From a virus, in the IMG/VR virus record IMGVR_UViG_3300044796_000141, positions 36,323-100,322 of that record: a stretch of DNA of 64,000 bases; one strand, 5' to 3'. The notes under the pieces are model-generated. The model did not search any database, was not told the DNA's origin, and was given only the letters and a program-made list of their open reading frames with translations. The translations under genes were made by a program, and so were the position numbers. Positions 53,987 through 64,000 of this stretch are shown here, in pieces (positions within the stretch are counted from its first letter, which is position 1; every line of letters starts with the position of its first letter).

Positions 53987-54793
53987 ATGCTTTTCTTAAA
54001 CGATACCCTAGTTAAAGTTACAAAGTTTCCAGACGGAACCTCTCAAGTATGGCAACTGCCAGAACAACGCATTAAGAATGCAGAAATTAAGTGGGTCTTC
54101 CAAAGTGAAGATGAATTTATGCATCTTGCTCAACTCAAGGATTTAATGGATAAAGAAGGAGTTGAAACTTCATTAGTAATTACATATTTGCCATATGGAA
54201 GACAAGATAAAAAAGTAGATAACGGTCTTACCTTTGCTTTAAGAACATTTTCTTATTTGCTTAATTCGTTAGACTTTATAAGTGTTCTTATTCGCGACCC
54301 TCATAGCGAAATTGCTTTAGGATTAATTCATAACTCTAAAGCTTACTATTTGTCTCGTGAAGTATCTCAGTTATTTAAAGATACCAAAATGGACTTAATG
54401 TGCTTCCCAGATAAGGGTGCTCTTAACAAATATTCTTCAATTTATAAAGAAACTCCATACATCTATGGAGAAAAAGTTAGAGACCAACTGACTGGAAGAA
54501 TCACGAGCTATAAAGTTATCGGAAATGAAGCTATAGCCAATAAAAAGATTTTAATTGTTGATGATATCTGTGATGGTGGAGCAACTTTTAAATTATTAGC
54601 TGCCCAACTTATTAAGAATGGCGCGGCACAAGTTGATTTGTTTGTTTCTCACGGCCTATTTACGCAAGGACTTGAAGGGTTATGGACGGCTGGAATTAGT
54701 AATATATTTTGTTTTGATAAATTAAGAGATTCTATCATCACAAAAACTACAGAAGAAGAATTTGAAAAATATTCAAAATTGGCAGGAAACTAA
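53987..54793 (+). CDS. prs: ribose-phosphate pyrophosphokinase-like (PRPP synthase)
   Basis: TYLPYGRQDKKVD; PDKGALNKY; KKILIVDDICDGGATFKLLA. Confidence 0.87.
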   Translation: MLFLNDTLVKVTKFPDGTSQVWQLPEQRIKNAEIKWVFQSEDEFMHLAQLKDLMDKEGVETSLVITYLPYGRQDKKVDNGLTFALRTFSYLLNSLDFISVLIRDPHSEIALGLIHNSKAYYLSREVSQLFKDTKMDLMCFPDKGALNKYSSIYKETPYIYGEKVRDQLTGRITSYKVIGNEAIANKKILIVDDICDGGATFKLLAAQLIKNGAAQVDLFVSHGLFTQGLEGLWTAGISNIFCFDKLRDSIITKTTEEEFEKYSKLAGN

Positions 54794-54795
54794 AA

Positions 54796-55263
54796 ATGCC
54801 TACTAAAGTTTATGAATCACCATCTAGAAGTTTTGATAAAAGCTTGTTTTTGGCAGGCGGAATTACAGGTTGCCCAGATTGGCAATCTGAAATAATTGAG
54901 CTATTAGATATTCCGGCTTGTAATCTTACAATCTACAATCCAAGAAGAGAAAATTTTCCTATTGGAGACCCTAATGCGGCAGAAAAGCAAATCATATGGG
55001 AATATGAACGATTAATGAAAGCCGATTTGGTTTCTTTTTGGTTTCCTTGTGAGACTCTGTGCCCAATTACTCTTTTTGAATTAGGTAAAATGTTGGGCAT
55101 CGGAAAAAATATAGAGGTTGGCTGCCATCCAAGCTACGGTAGAAAACAAGATATTGAAATACAAATGGAACTCACCTATGGTAAACCACCAGTAATTGCA
55201 CGCACAATTGAACACCTGGCAGATAATATTAAGAAAAACTTATTCAAAGGTAAAACAAGATGA
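54796..55263 (+). CDS. nucleoside 2-deoxyribosyltransferase-like protein
   Basis: SLFLAGGITGCPDWQ...YNPRRENFP...PITLFELGKMLGIGKNIEVGCHPSYGRKQDI. Confidence 0.72.
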   Translation: MPTKVYESPSRSFDKSLFLAGGITGCPDWQSEIIELLDIPACNLTIYNPRRENFPIGDPNAAEKQIIWEYERLMKADLVSFWFPCETLCPITLFELGKMLGIGKNIEVGCHPSYGRKQDIEIQMELTYGKPPVIARTIEHLADNIKKNLFKGKTR

Positions 55264-55438
55264 AAATTGATGACTTGTACGCCCGCGCTCATTCGGCTGG
55301 CAATACGCCAACGACTTATGTCGTTACTGTATATGGTGGCGATTGGACTCAAAAGCAAGCAGATAAAATAGCAGATACCCTTAATCACATTTTGCCAAGC
55401 TTAAACTTCGACTTTAAAAAACAAAAAGGAAAAAAGAA

Positions 55439-56902
55439 ATGAAAACAGACCTATTATCACCGATGCTTATCGCGGACTTCTATAAGTTGTCCCACAGACT
55501 CCAATATCCAGTTAACACTGAGTTGGTTTATTCCACTTGGACACCGCGCGACAGTCGCATTCCAGAAATTAAGGAAGTTGTGGTCTTTGGTCATCAATCC
55601 TTCGTCAAAGAGTTTTTGATTGATTTTTTTAATGAAAATTTCTTTTCTCAGCCACTAGATAAAGTAAAGAATGATTATGCAAGAATTGTTAAATATGCGC
55701 TCGGCGTTGCAACCCCAGACACTTCACACATTGAAGAATTACACAATCTTGGTTATTTACCCCTTCTCATTAAGGCTTTGCCAGAAGGTACTCGTTCCCC
55801 TATACGCGTTCCTACCTTAACCATTCAAAATACTCATCCAAAGTTCTTTTGGTTGACCAACTATATTGAGACTTTAGCATCTTGTGAATTGTGGCCAAGC
55901 TACACCTCTGCTACGCTCGCTTATGAGTATAAGAAGGTTTTGGATAAGGCGGCTCTTAAAACGGTCGGTAATACGGAATTCGTTCCATTCCAAGGCCATG
56001 ACTTTTCAATGAGAGGTCTTAATGGTCTGAATGCGTCTACCAAGACCGGCATGGGTCATCTTCTCTCATTCGCTGGTACTGACACTATTCCTGCCATCTT
56101 AGCTGCTGAGTACTTCTACCATGCCAACGTGGAGAAAGAGCTTGTAGGCACGTCTATTCCCGCTACAGAGCACAGCGTTCAGTGTACCTATGGCGACGAT
56201 ATGAAGTATTTTACCAGAATGATTTCAGAAGTCCATCCTAGTGGCTTTGTCTCTATTGTTTCAGATGGATATGATTTTTGGGAAGTTATTAATGGTGTCC
56301 TCCCACAACTTAAAGATATGATTATGGCTCGTGATGGAAAGGTCGTCATCCGTCCAGATTCAGGCGACCCAGTTAAGATTGTTGCCGGTGACCCAGACGG
56401 AAAGACCCCATCCGAAGTTAAGGGCGCAATTGAATGCCTTTGGGAAATCTTTGGTGGTACTGTAAGCCCACAAGGCTACAAATGTCTCGATTCTCACATT
56501 GGTATGATTTATGGCGATGCGATTACCGTTGATAGAGCCAAGAGAATTACAGACCAACTTGCAGAAAAAGGCTTTGCCTCAACTAATATTGTGTTCGGTA
56601 TCGGTTCATTTACCTACCAATACAACACGAGAGATACCCTTGGTTTCGCGCTCAAGTCCACTGCTTGCGTCATTAATGGCGCAGAAAAGCAAATCTTCAA
56701 AGACCCAAAGACCGATAGTGGTATCAAGAAATCACAAAAGGGGCGCGTAGTTGTATTCCAAGACGGCGACAAGATTGCTTATAAAGACCAATGTTCACTC
56801 TCTCAAGAATACCCAGAAGACCTCTTGAAACCAATTTTTCAAGACGGAAAACTTCTTGTTGACGAAACTTTCGCAACAATTCGTGCTCGTCTAGCAAAGT
56901 AA
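55439..56902 (+). CDS. nadV: nicotinamide phosphoribosyltransferase
   Basis: YKLSHRLQYP...YSTWTPRDSR...HDFSMRG...SIPATEHSV...VIRPDSGDPVKIV...GIGSFTYQYNTRDTLGFALKST. Confidence 0.95.
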   Translation: MKTDLLSPMLIADFYKLSHRLQYPVNTELVYSTWTPRDSRIPEIKEVVVFGHQSFVKEFLIDFFNENFFSQPLDKVKNDYARIVKYALGVATPDTSHIEELHNLGYLPLLIKALPEGTRSPIRVPTLTIQNTHPKFFWLTNYIETLASCELWPSYTSATLAYEYKKVLDKAALKTVGNTEFVPFQGHDFSMRGLNGLNASTKTGMGHLLSFAGTDTIPAILAAEYFYHANVEKELVGTSIPATEHSVQCTYGDDMKYFTRMISEVHPSGFVSIVSDGYDFWEVINGVLPQLKDMIMARDGKVVIRPDSGDPVKIVAGDPDGKTPSEVKGAIECLWEIFGGTVSPQGYKCLDSHIGMIYGDAITVDRAKRITDQLAEKGFASTNIVFGIGSFTYQYNTRDTLGFALKSTACVINGAEKQIFKDPKTDSGIKKSQKGRVVVFQDGDKIAYKDQCSLSQEYPEDLLKPIFQDGKLLVDETFATIRARLAK

Positions 56903-57252
56903 ATCTTTCTTTCAGATTTAAAAAAATTAGTTATATGTGATGTAAAAACAATTTAGGGGGCTCTATGCAGATGGCCTTATTCGGAAAACCTAAAGAACCT
57001 AAACAGCCTGCTACTGTTCTTATTGTACAAACCACCTGTCCCTTTGATTGTCTGCCAGAAGCTCCTATTAGGGTTTTGCGCGATGAAGTAGTTTGGGGCA
57101 AGGGCTACATCCATTGTGTCTGCGAAAGCTGCCAAAAACGATTTACAAGACAAATAGACCCTAGAAAAAACATCGACGCCTATCTAGATAAACATTTCAA
57201 GCCTATTATTTAAATAATATATCTATTTCAACTAGACTATAGTAATTATTAT

Positions 57253-57922
57253 ATGTCTGGATTAATTTACAAAGCAACAAGTCCAAATGGAAAAATTTAT
57301 ATTGGACAAACTTCAAGAACTCTTGAAAAAAGAATAAAATATCATAAGTACGATTCTAAAAAACAAAGAACGCATCATCTAAAATTTTATAGAGCCATAA
57401 CAAAATATGGAATCGATAACTTTAGATGGGAAATTATAGAAGATAATATTGATGAAAATTTATTAGATATAAAAGAATGCGAATGGATAGAAAAATACAA
57501 CTCTCATAAAGAAGGATATAATTCTACGATTGGCGGAAATTCTCAACATATGAGAAAAAATCCTCCTTCTAAAAATCCAATAACCGCCAAAAAGATATCC
57601 AATGCTCTTAAGGGAACAAAAAAAACAAAAGAACATTGTGAAAATATATCTCAAACAAAAAAAGAAATGTTCGCGAAAGGACTGTTAACAAATCCAATGA
57701 AAGGAAAACATCACTCAGAGGATTCAAAAAAGAAAATTCAAAATACAAAGAAAAATAAAATAAAAATTAAATGCAATGAAACTCGGAATTGTATTTGAAA
57801 GCATACACGAAGCCGCAAGAAAAATGAACATTCCTCAACCAAACTTATCAAAGTATCTTCAATTTAGAGAACAAGGAAAAGGAAAACACTGTAGAGGATT
57901 TACTTTTTCAAAAATTGTTTAA
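57253..57922 (+). CDS. GIY-YIG homing endonuclease with NUMOD domain, interrupted by one extra base at CGG 57784-57786
   Basis: MSGLIYKATSPNGKIYIGQTSRTLEKR...GYNSTIGGNSQHMRKNPPSKNP...IKCNET|GIVFESIHEAARKMNIPQPNLSKYLQFREQGKGKHCRGFTFSKIV*. Confidence 0.88.
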
Positions 57923-57969
57923 TTGTATCTAAGGCTTCCGACATAGCTAAATAAAATGGTAAAGATTTT

Positions 57970-58415
<446 letters not shown>

Positions 58416-58594
58416 GACGCCTCTTCTCTTCGTGCATTGTAATCTAACAAATTAAGTAAGTCTTTTTTAAGGAAGTTTAGGATATCCATATCTTCGTCTT
58501 GGATAGGCGCATGGTTTACATATTGAATTATTTCTACTATTAATTTTACCAATTCTATTCTAAGTGCCAGTTCTGTATTGTCTGGTTCTTCCAT

Positions 58595-59044
58595 TTATTC
58601 TTCGTCCCCATCTACCATTCCTTTTACGGGCGTAAAACCTTCTCTACGGCCCGTACAGCAGGCTTCGCATGAAGTTATGAACCACGAGCCACGTGAGCGC
58701 AAGACGCCTTCCTTACCACATGATTCACAAACCTTAGCAGACAAATGTTCCGCTTTGGTAATTAATTCTTCCATTTCGTCGGTGCTATAATCCATATAGA
58801 AACGCAACGTGGCATACTTCTCTTTTACTTGTGAAGCTCTAGCATGAACATTCTTATCCTCAAGCTCAGCAAGCTGCTTCAGTATTAAACCTTCCAGCTT
58901 TGAAGACAATTCGTCTATAAGTTGATACCAACCGTCATCTACTTCCAGACCCCAATGCATGCAGCTCTCTCTCATACTTTTATCTTTGTTGGAATAAAGT
59001 AATGGATATTTTCTATAAATTTCGTCTTGTAGTTCTTTTTTCAT
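58595..59044 (-). CDS. hypothetical protein with CxxC zinc motif
   Basis: VCESCGKEGVLRSRGSWFITSCEAC. Confidence 0.7.
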   Translation of the reverse strand: MKKELQDEIYRKYPLLYSNKDKSMRESCMHWGLEVDDGWYQLIDELSSKLEGLILKQLAELEDKNVHARASQVKEKYATLRFYMDYSTDEMEELITKAEHLSAKVCESCGKEGVLRSRGSWFITSCEACCTGRREGFTPVKGMVDGDEE

Positions 59045-59045
59045 T

Positions 59046-59738
59046 TTAAAATTCCTTTTCTTCGGCGTATGGCTCCGTGTATATTTTATAATTATCTTTG
59101 CCCTGCCAATGTAAGGCAACTAATTCTTGTTTGGAAGAGCTATCAATGCACATTCCAAAAACTTTGCCGTCTCCACCCTTATATTCTCTCATTTGCCAAT
59201 TGTGACCATGAACCATAAACTTATCTTGTGGTTTGCGTGGCATCATACGATTCCATATAAATGAATAGTCGTCAATTCCTATATGTTTCCACTCTCTTGA
59301 AAATCTATCTTTTGGAATATTCTTAAGAGATGTAATAGGCGCATGAGAAACAAATAGCTCTTCATCTTCCCAATAAAGTGGGCGCTTGCCTAGCCATTCA
59401 ACAACTTCAGCAGGAACATCAAAAGCGTCTGGATTTTCTAATGTTGCATAGGATTTTAACGTGTATCCACCACCGTTGTGCAACCAACAATCCATTACGT
59501 CGCGCGAACTATTAGCATCAGTTCCGCCACAGCTTTCCCACATCATAGCGTCATGATTACCCATAAGCGCTTCGGCATTGGGCGTTTTCATGAAATATTC
59601 AATAACGCGAGCGGAATCTGGACCTCTATCACAAAGGTCACCCACGGCCAATATTAAATCGACCTTGGGGCACTTAGCAATAAGTTTCATTAAAGAAACA
59701 TACTGTCCAGCGATATCGCCAATTATTAACATATTCAT
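59046..59738 (-). CDS. Ser/Thr-type metallophosphoesterase
   Basis: IGDIAGQ, GDLCDRGPDS, GNHDAM, VHGHNWQ. Confidence 0.88.
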   Translation of the reverse strand: MNMLIIGDIAGQYVSLMKLIAKCPKVDLILAVGDLCDRGPDSARVIEYFMKTPNAEALMGNHDAMMWESCGGTDANSSRDVMDCWLHNGGGYTLKSYATLENPDAFDVPAEVVEWLGKRPLYWEDEELFVSHAPITSLKNIPKDRFSREWKHIGIDDYSFIWNRMMPRKPQDKFMVHGHNWQMREYKGGDGKVFGMCIDSSSKQELVALHWQGKDNYKIYTEPYAEEKEF

Positions 59739-60286
59739 TTCATCACCTCTTCAATCTTTAAGAACTTTTTAAAAGAGTTCCTAAAAAACAACATAAGAGA
59801 CGCAGTATTTTGCGCGTCTATCAATGCATTATGTGCTCTACCTTCGAACTTAATATCAAACAATTCCATAGTCTTTTTAAGACCACCTGTCTGCTTAGAT
59901 TGAGAAAATGCAGTTCTTAGAAGAGTTGCCATTTCCTTCAAGTTAAGAAATCTCATTTTGTCTGGATATCTAACTTGATTTTTTTTTGACTCTTCGATTA
60001 TGTAAAAATGGTCAGTACCCCATGAGCAAATATTCTTACAACCCATGTCATCAGTCCATTTCCAAAAATTAGTCAATACTTCTGAACATTGTTGAGCGCC
60101 ATCTACTTCATGTTGTTTAATGCCAGTCAATTCAGTAATAAACTCAGTCAATGGTTCATTTGGATTTGCAAATTGGTCAAATACAGCAAGTGTCTTTTCT
60201 GACGTTAAATCAATGCACACGCCTGCTAATTGTATTAGCGCTTTGCTTGGTTGCGCCATTTCGCAATCGATTACTATATACTTCAC
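59735..60286 (-). CDS. DEDD-family 3'-5' exonuclease
   Basis: MKYIVIDCEMA...EFITELTGI...AHNALIDAQNTASL. Confidence 0.85.
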   Translation of the reverse strand: MKYIVIDCEMAQPSKALIQLAGVCIDLTSEKTLAVFDQFANPNEPLTEFITELTGIKQHEVDGAQQCSEVLTNFWKWTDDMGCKNICSWGTDHFYIIEESKKNQVRYPDKMRFLNLKEMATLLRTAFSQSKQTGGLKKTMELFDIKFEGRAHNALIDAQNTASLMLFFRNSFKKFLKIEEVMK

Positions 60287-60709
60287 TCGTTTTTTGCCTT
60301 TTCTAACATTTCTAAATGTTTTCTAATCCAGCGCATAAAAAATATTCCCTTATCAACTGCCATAAAAGTCGCTTCATTGGTATCTGCGATTGGCACAGGA
60401 AATAATAGTCCGCTCTCCGTAAGATAATACAGATTGCCATTTTTATAATATGTAAAAACTGCCTTACCTTGAATATGTTCTTTCATTTTGGTGGCTCCGG
60501 TAATTCTATTTTAGACCAATGCGTATAAGCATCTGTATCTTTGATGCACATTTCGCCATTCTGTCCTTTTCCAATACATAAATCATAAGGTTTAGGATAG
60601 CCTGTAGATTCTACTTCAAATATTTCTATTTTAGGAGGCCAACCTTTATGATTATAATACACATAGTACCAGCCTGGTTCGGTAGGCTTTTCTGTAGTCC
60701 ATTTAGTTT

Positions 60710-61030
60710 TCATTTTATTAACTTAATCATTGCTACGCCAAATCCTACTACAAGTCCAACACAATAAAAACTAAAATCTGTAATATTATCTAAATTGGTT
60801 TGTTTTGGAATTTCATAGTTAGCATCGTACCAAAACTCTTTAATTGCCGCATAAGTAGTTAAAGCACTAGCAAATATACCAAGCCATAAAAAGCTTGTAT
60901 TACTGAAGTATGCTACCGTGAGCATCAGAGCGTAGCCGGCAAGGGAATGTCCTATTTGGGCCAATACATCAGCGTTATTCATCCAACTATTGGTTAAAAT
61001 CTTTTTCCAGTCAATCATATTCTTCTCCAT
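60710..61030 (-). CDS. membrane protein
   Basis: Multiple hydrophobic helices. Confidence 0.65.
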   Translation of the reverse strand: MEKNMIDWKKILTNSWMNNADVLAQIGHSLAGYALMLTVAYFSNTSFLWLGIFASALTTYAAIKEFWYDANYEIPKQTNLDNITDFSFYCVGLVVGFGVAMIKLIK

Positions 61031-61793
61031 TTATACTTATTGCAATTTTTACAATATCTATCTTGAATAATTGCATCAAAGATTTCCCCACTAATATTTG
61101 ATTGAACTTTTCTATCCTGATTACTGCTCCATGGATGAAAATTATGAAATTCAAAGAAGCATAAAATATTTTGTATCATACTTTTTTCTCAAAAACATAA
61201 TCTAGTTGTATTTGGCCCATTTCTTGAGCAGCCTTATACATATCTTGACCTTCTTTGGTATTTTTAATAAAGTCTTCCCATGTTTTGGAAGCTTTGCGGA
61301 GGCGTTGATTTCGTTGTTTGCGAGATTCTTTTTTAGCGTTCACGATTTTCGCTTTCTTTAAGAAATTCATTTAGCCAATCGCTAAATTCTTTTAGGATTT
61401 GCATATTTTTTGCTAAGTTTGCGTCTTGCTCTGCTCTATGCTTTAAGCATTTAGTATGCTCATCACATATGCATTTTCTATCTACTGACACTCTATTGGT
61501 TCTTTTGGAATGAACTTTTCGCACCCAGGAATTGATTTTAGCGTTGCATCAATACACGCAACAACACAAGTCAATCTAGTGCAGCGGTCTTCTATTGTAC
61601 CACAATTACTAATTGCGCAAGCTTTGGCTTTTGCCAATTGTCCATCATTAAAACAGTCAGTCAAAGCAACTACTTTAACAGGTTGTCTAACTGTAGCGCA
61701 ACTCAACATCAATACAAATGCAGATAATATCTTTTTCATTTTTTCACCTTATTATATGATTACCATAGCAAAAACTACAGCGAAAGTCAAGAA

Positions 61794-62495
61794 CTATGAT
61801 TTTGGAGGGGTATAAAAACTTTGGACCGAGGTTTCACCCAAAGTATAATTGGCGTATAATTGCGAAGTGGATTGCGCTCTTAATACGTTATTTGCACTCA
61901 TACCAGCCGCAGACGCTACGAATACTGAAGTATTTCCATATGGAATATTAAGAGTTTGAGAAATGTGGGCCAAATCTTGATTTGCTCCGGCGTAAGTTAC
62001 AGTTGCCTTTCCGGTTGCCTGTAAAGCCCTCAGTTCGTCTGCTACTCTCGCGGAAGACCACGCTCTAGAACAATTCTCTGCACCGTCTGATATAATTAAC
62101 ATCAATACGGTTACGCCTGGGTCATTAATGTCAGGTCTAGCCTTCAATAATTCAATTGCCTTGCCAACACCATCATACATTGCAGTCATTGAATTTGGCG
62201 TATATGTATTTCTATCCAAATCCTTGACAGTATCTAGCTTTTCATTTTGAAATACAACTGACACTTCTGAGGAAAACTTTACCAAGTCAACTACTACTTC
62301 GATTTTGCCCGAAGTGGCTTTGACGGCCTTAACTTGTTCATTAAAGGCGCTAATTGCCTGGTCACGAATAGTTTCCATTGACGAACTCTCATCAAGTACC
62401 ATCATAAGGTAATTCTTTGTAATTGCTGGCTTTTTTGCCTTTTTGACAGGTGGCGCTCTTACTACTCTTCTTTTTGCTACTTTCTTTGTTCTCAT
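61794..62495 (-). CDS. von Willebrand factor A domain protein
   Basis: LDESSSM (MIDAS-like DxSxS), TAMYDGVGKAIELL, LIISDGAENCS. Confidence 0.85.
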   Translation of the reverse strand: MRTKKVAKRRVVRAPPVKKAKKPAITKNYLMMVLDESSSMETIRDQAISAFNEQVKAVKATSGKIEVVVDLVKFSSEVSVVFQNEKLDTVKDLDRNTYTPNSMTAMYDGVGKAIELLKARPDINDPGVTVLMLIISDGAENCSRAWSSARVADELRALQATGKATVTYAGANQDLAHISQTLNIPYGNTSVFVASAAGMSANNVLRAQSTSQLYANYTLGETSVQSFYTPPKS

Positions 62496-62524
62496 TTAAA
62501 ATCTCCTTAAGATTCGTATATTTT

Positions 62525-62599
<75 letters not shown>

Positions 62600-62635
62600 A
62601 TCTATAATTATAACACAGTGCATTATTTTTGTCAA

Positions 62636-62923
62636 CTATTTTGGTAAGCGCGCTTCTATAATTTCTTTAGCGGAAAGCAAGCCTTTTTCATGGCCGCGCC
62701 CAAAGGCACTTTCATATCCTTCTTCACAAAAAGTATTGTCAATTTTTTCTTCTAGTGCTTTAATTAATTCTTCAATTAATTCTTTGCGAACGTCTTTAAT
62801 GCCTTGAGTTAAAGTATCAATATTATTTAATAATGAATATTTTTCTTCAGGTATATCATCGTTGAGCCAAATGGCCTCAAATGCATCATATATTTCTTCA
62901 GCCCACTCTTTTGATAGTTTCAT
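62636..62923 (-). CDS. hypothetical protein
   Basis: 95-aa ORF. Confidence 0.7.
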   Translation of the reverse strand: MKLSKEWAEEIYDAFEAIWLNDDIPEEKYSLLNNIDTLTQGIKDVRKELIEELIKALEEKIDNTFCEEGYESAFGRGHEKGLLSAKEIIEARLPK

Positions 62924-63133
62924 TTTGTTTTATTCCATTCGCGAACAATCATAATCGCAATACACATAACGTCTTGTTCTTTACGTTTCATGCTGTCTGC
63001 TGTATCAGCGAGACAATCTTCTAATTCTTGGCGCATCTCTTCGCGCACTTCATTAATAACGTTCGTAACACTCGAAACTTTATCTTTTGAAGCCTCTATC
63101 GCTTCGCAGGCCCATTCATAAGATGTTTTCATA

Positions 63134-63763
63134 TTAAGTCCATAGCGCCTGTCTAACTTTAATTACTCTAATAAGCATTTCAGTTTCTTCGTCTGTATAA
63201 AATTTTTCTAAAGCCAATCTTTCTGCAATTGATATTTTTCTATTGTGTATTGCCCAAAATCTTTTTTCTTGGTCATGTTTCAAATATATATCTTTATACC
63301 AGAGATATACTTCTTTCATTTCTTTGGAACACCAACCTTGAGTCATTTCATGATTAATTTGCAAGTCGCCTTGGGTTTGGCAACCATTATCATCCAAATC
63401 CATTCTTAATTCAATATCTTTTTCAAGAGCTTCTAAACCTAACTCTCTGCCGTGCTTTTTGCAGTATTGAATTTCTGTCATATACCATGGAACTTTTGCA
63501 AGCTCTTCTTTGTTACAACAAAAATATTGCCAGGCTTGCTCAAATTCAATAAATTGCACCAATAAATCAAAGATGGCATGAGTCAATACATGGTCTGCGT
63601 CGTAATAGCCCGGTTTAAGACTAGTAACTTTAATTTCATTATACTTATGAGTAGTACGATATTTAATCCACCAATGGGCCTCTTTAATTGCTTTAAATGG
63701 TTGCGTTCTCCCAAACCACCTACGAACATTATACGTAAATTCAAACCAATCTAATTTTTTCAT
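63134..63763 (-). CDS. hypothetical protein
   Basis: 209-aa ORF. Confidence 0.75.
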   Translation of the reverse strand: MKKLDWFEFTYNVRRWFGRTQPFKAIKEAHWWIKYRTTHKYNEIKVTSLKPGYYDADHVLTHAIFDLLVQFIEFEQAWQYFCCNKEELAKVPWYMTEIQYCKKHGRELGLEALEKDIELRMDLDDNGCQTQGDLQINHEMTQGWCSKEMKEVYLWYKDIYLKHDQEKRFWAIHNRKISIAERLALEKFYTDEETEMLIRVIKVRQALWT

Positions 63764-64000
63764 TTATTCACCCATCTTTGGTTTAATTATATCTTTAATT
63801 AATTTATGTACGACATCTTCTTGTTTATTTAAAAACGGAAAAATAAGTCTAAAATGTCTGAATTTGTAGGCATTATCACGCAAAAATAATCCTACGGTCT
63901 TATTGTACTCTTCTCCGGCTTTAACAGGAGGCAATTGATGTTTTTGTTCATCGACGGCATCAATATATACTCTTGTGTGCGCTAATTCAAGTTCTTTCTT

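Overview
The window looks like part of a large phage-like or plasmid-like accessory genome. It holds dense, short, mostly unannotated ORFs, four tRNAs, homing-type endonucleases, NAD+ salvage genes, RNA-processing enzymes and a ubiquitin-like conjugation cassette (Ubl, two E2-like proteins, JAB, ThiF/E1). No capsid, portal or terminase gene was recognised. The main discovery candidate is a recurring apparent +1 translational frameshift at an in-frame CGG codon, read as [C]GGN = Gly. Skipping exactly one C at 13 zero-frame CGG codons in 8 split genes restores full-length proteins. Seven of the 8 are mobile-type endonucleases or a Dam-like methylase: GIY-YIG-AP2, GIY-YIG-NUMOD, HNH, two endonuclease VII, a DUF559/VSR-like nuclease and a D12-class methylase. 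In each of those seven the junction falls on a conserved glycine (CxxCG, KTGxxRGLLC, FVGGGS, RGGNYKT, TEGG, ETGxxFxS). CGG is used as ordinary Arg elsewhere in the window, so this is gene-specific recoding, patterned inactivation or editing, and not a simple missing codon. Other notable items are a dispersed family of small proteins sharing an MNIEELExxLxP N-terminal leader, a four-copy small-protein family, a 2 kb repeat-rich non-coding region, a pseudoknotted RNA candidate upstream of an HTH gene and a GC-richer structured RNA candidate near 2.8-3.0 kb. All domain calls are from motif recognition by eye; no database search was run.
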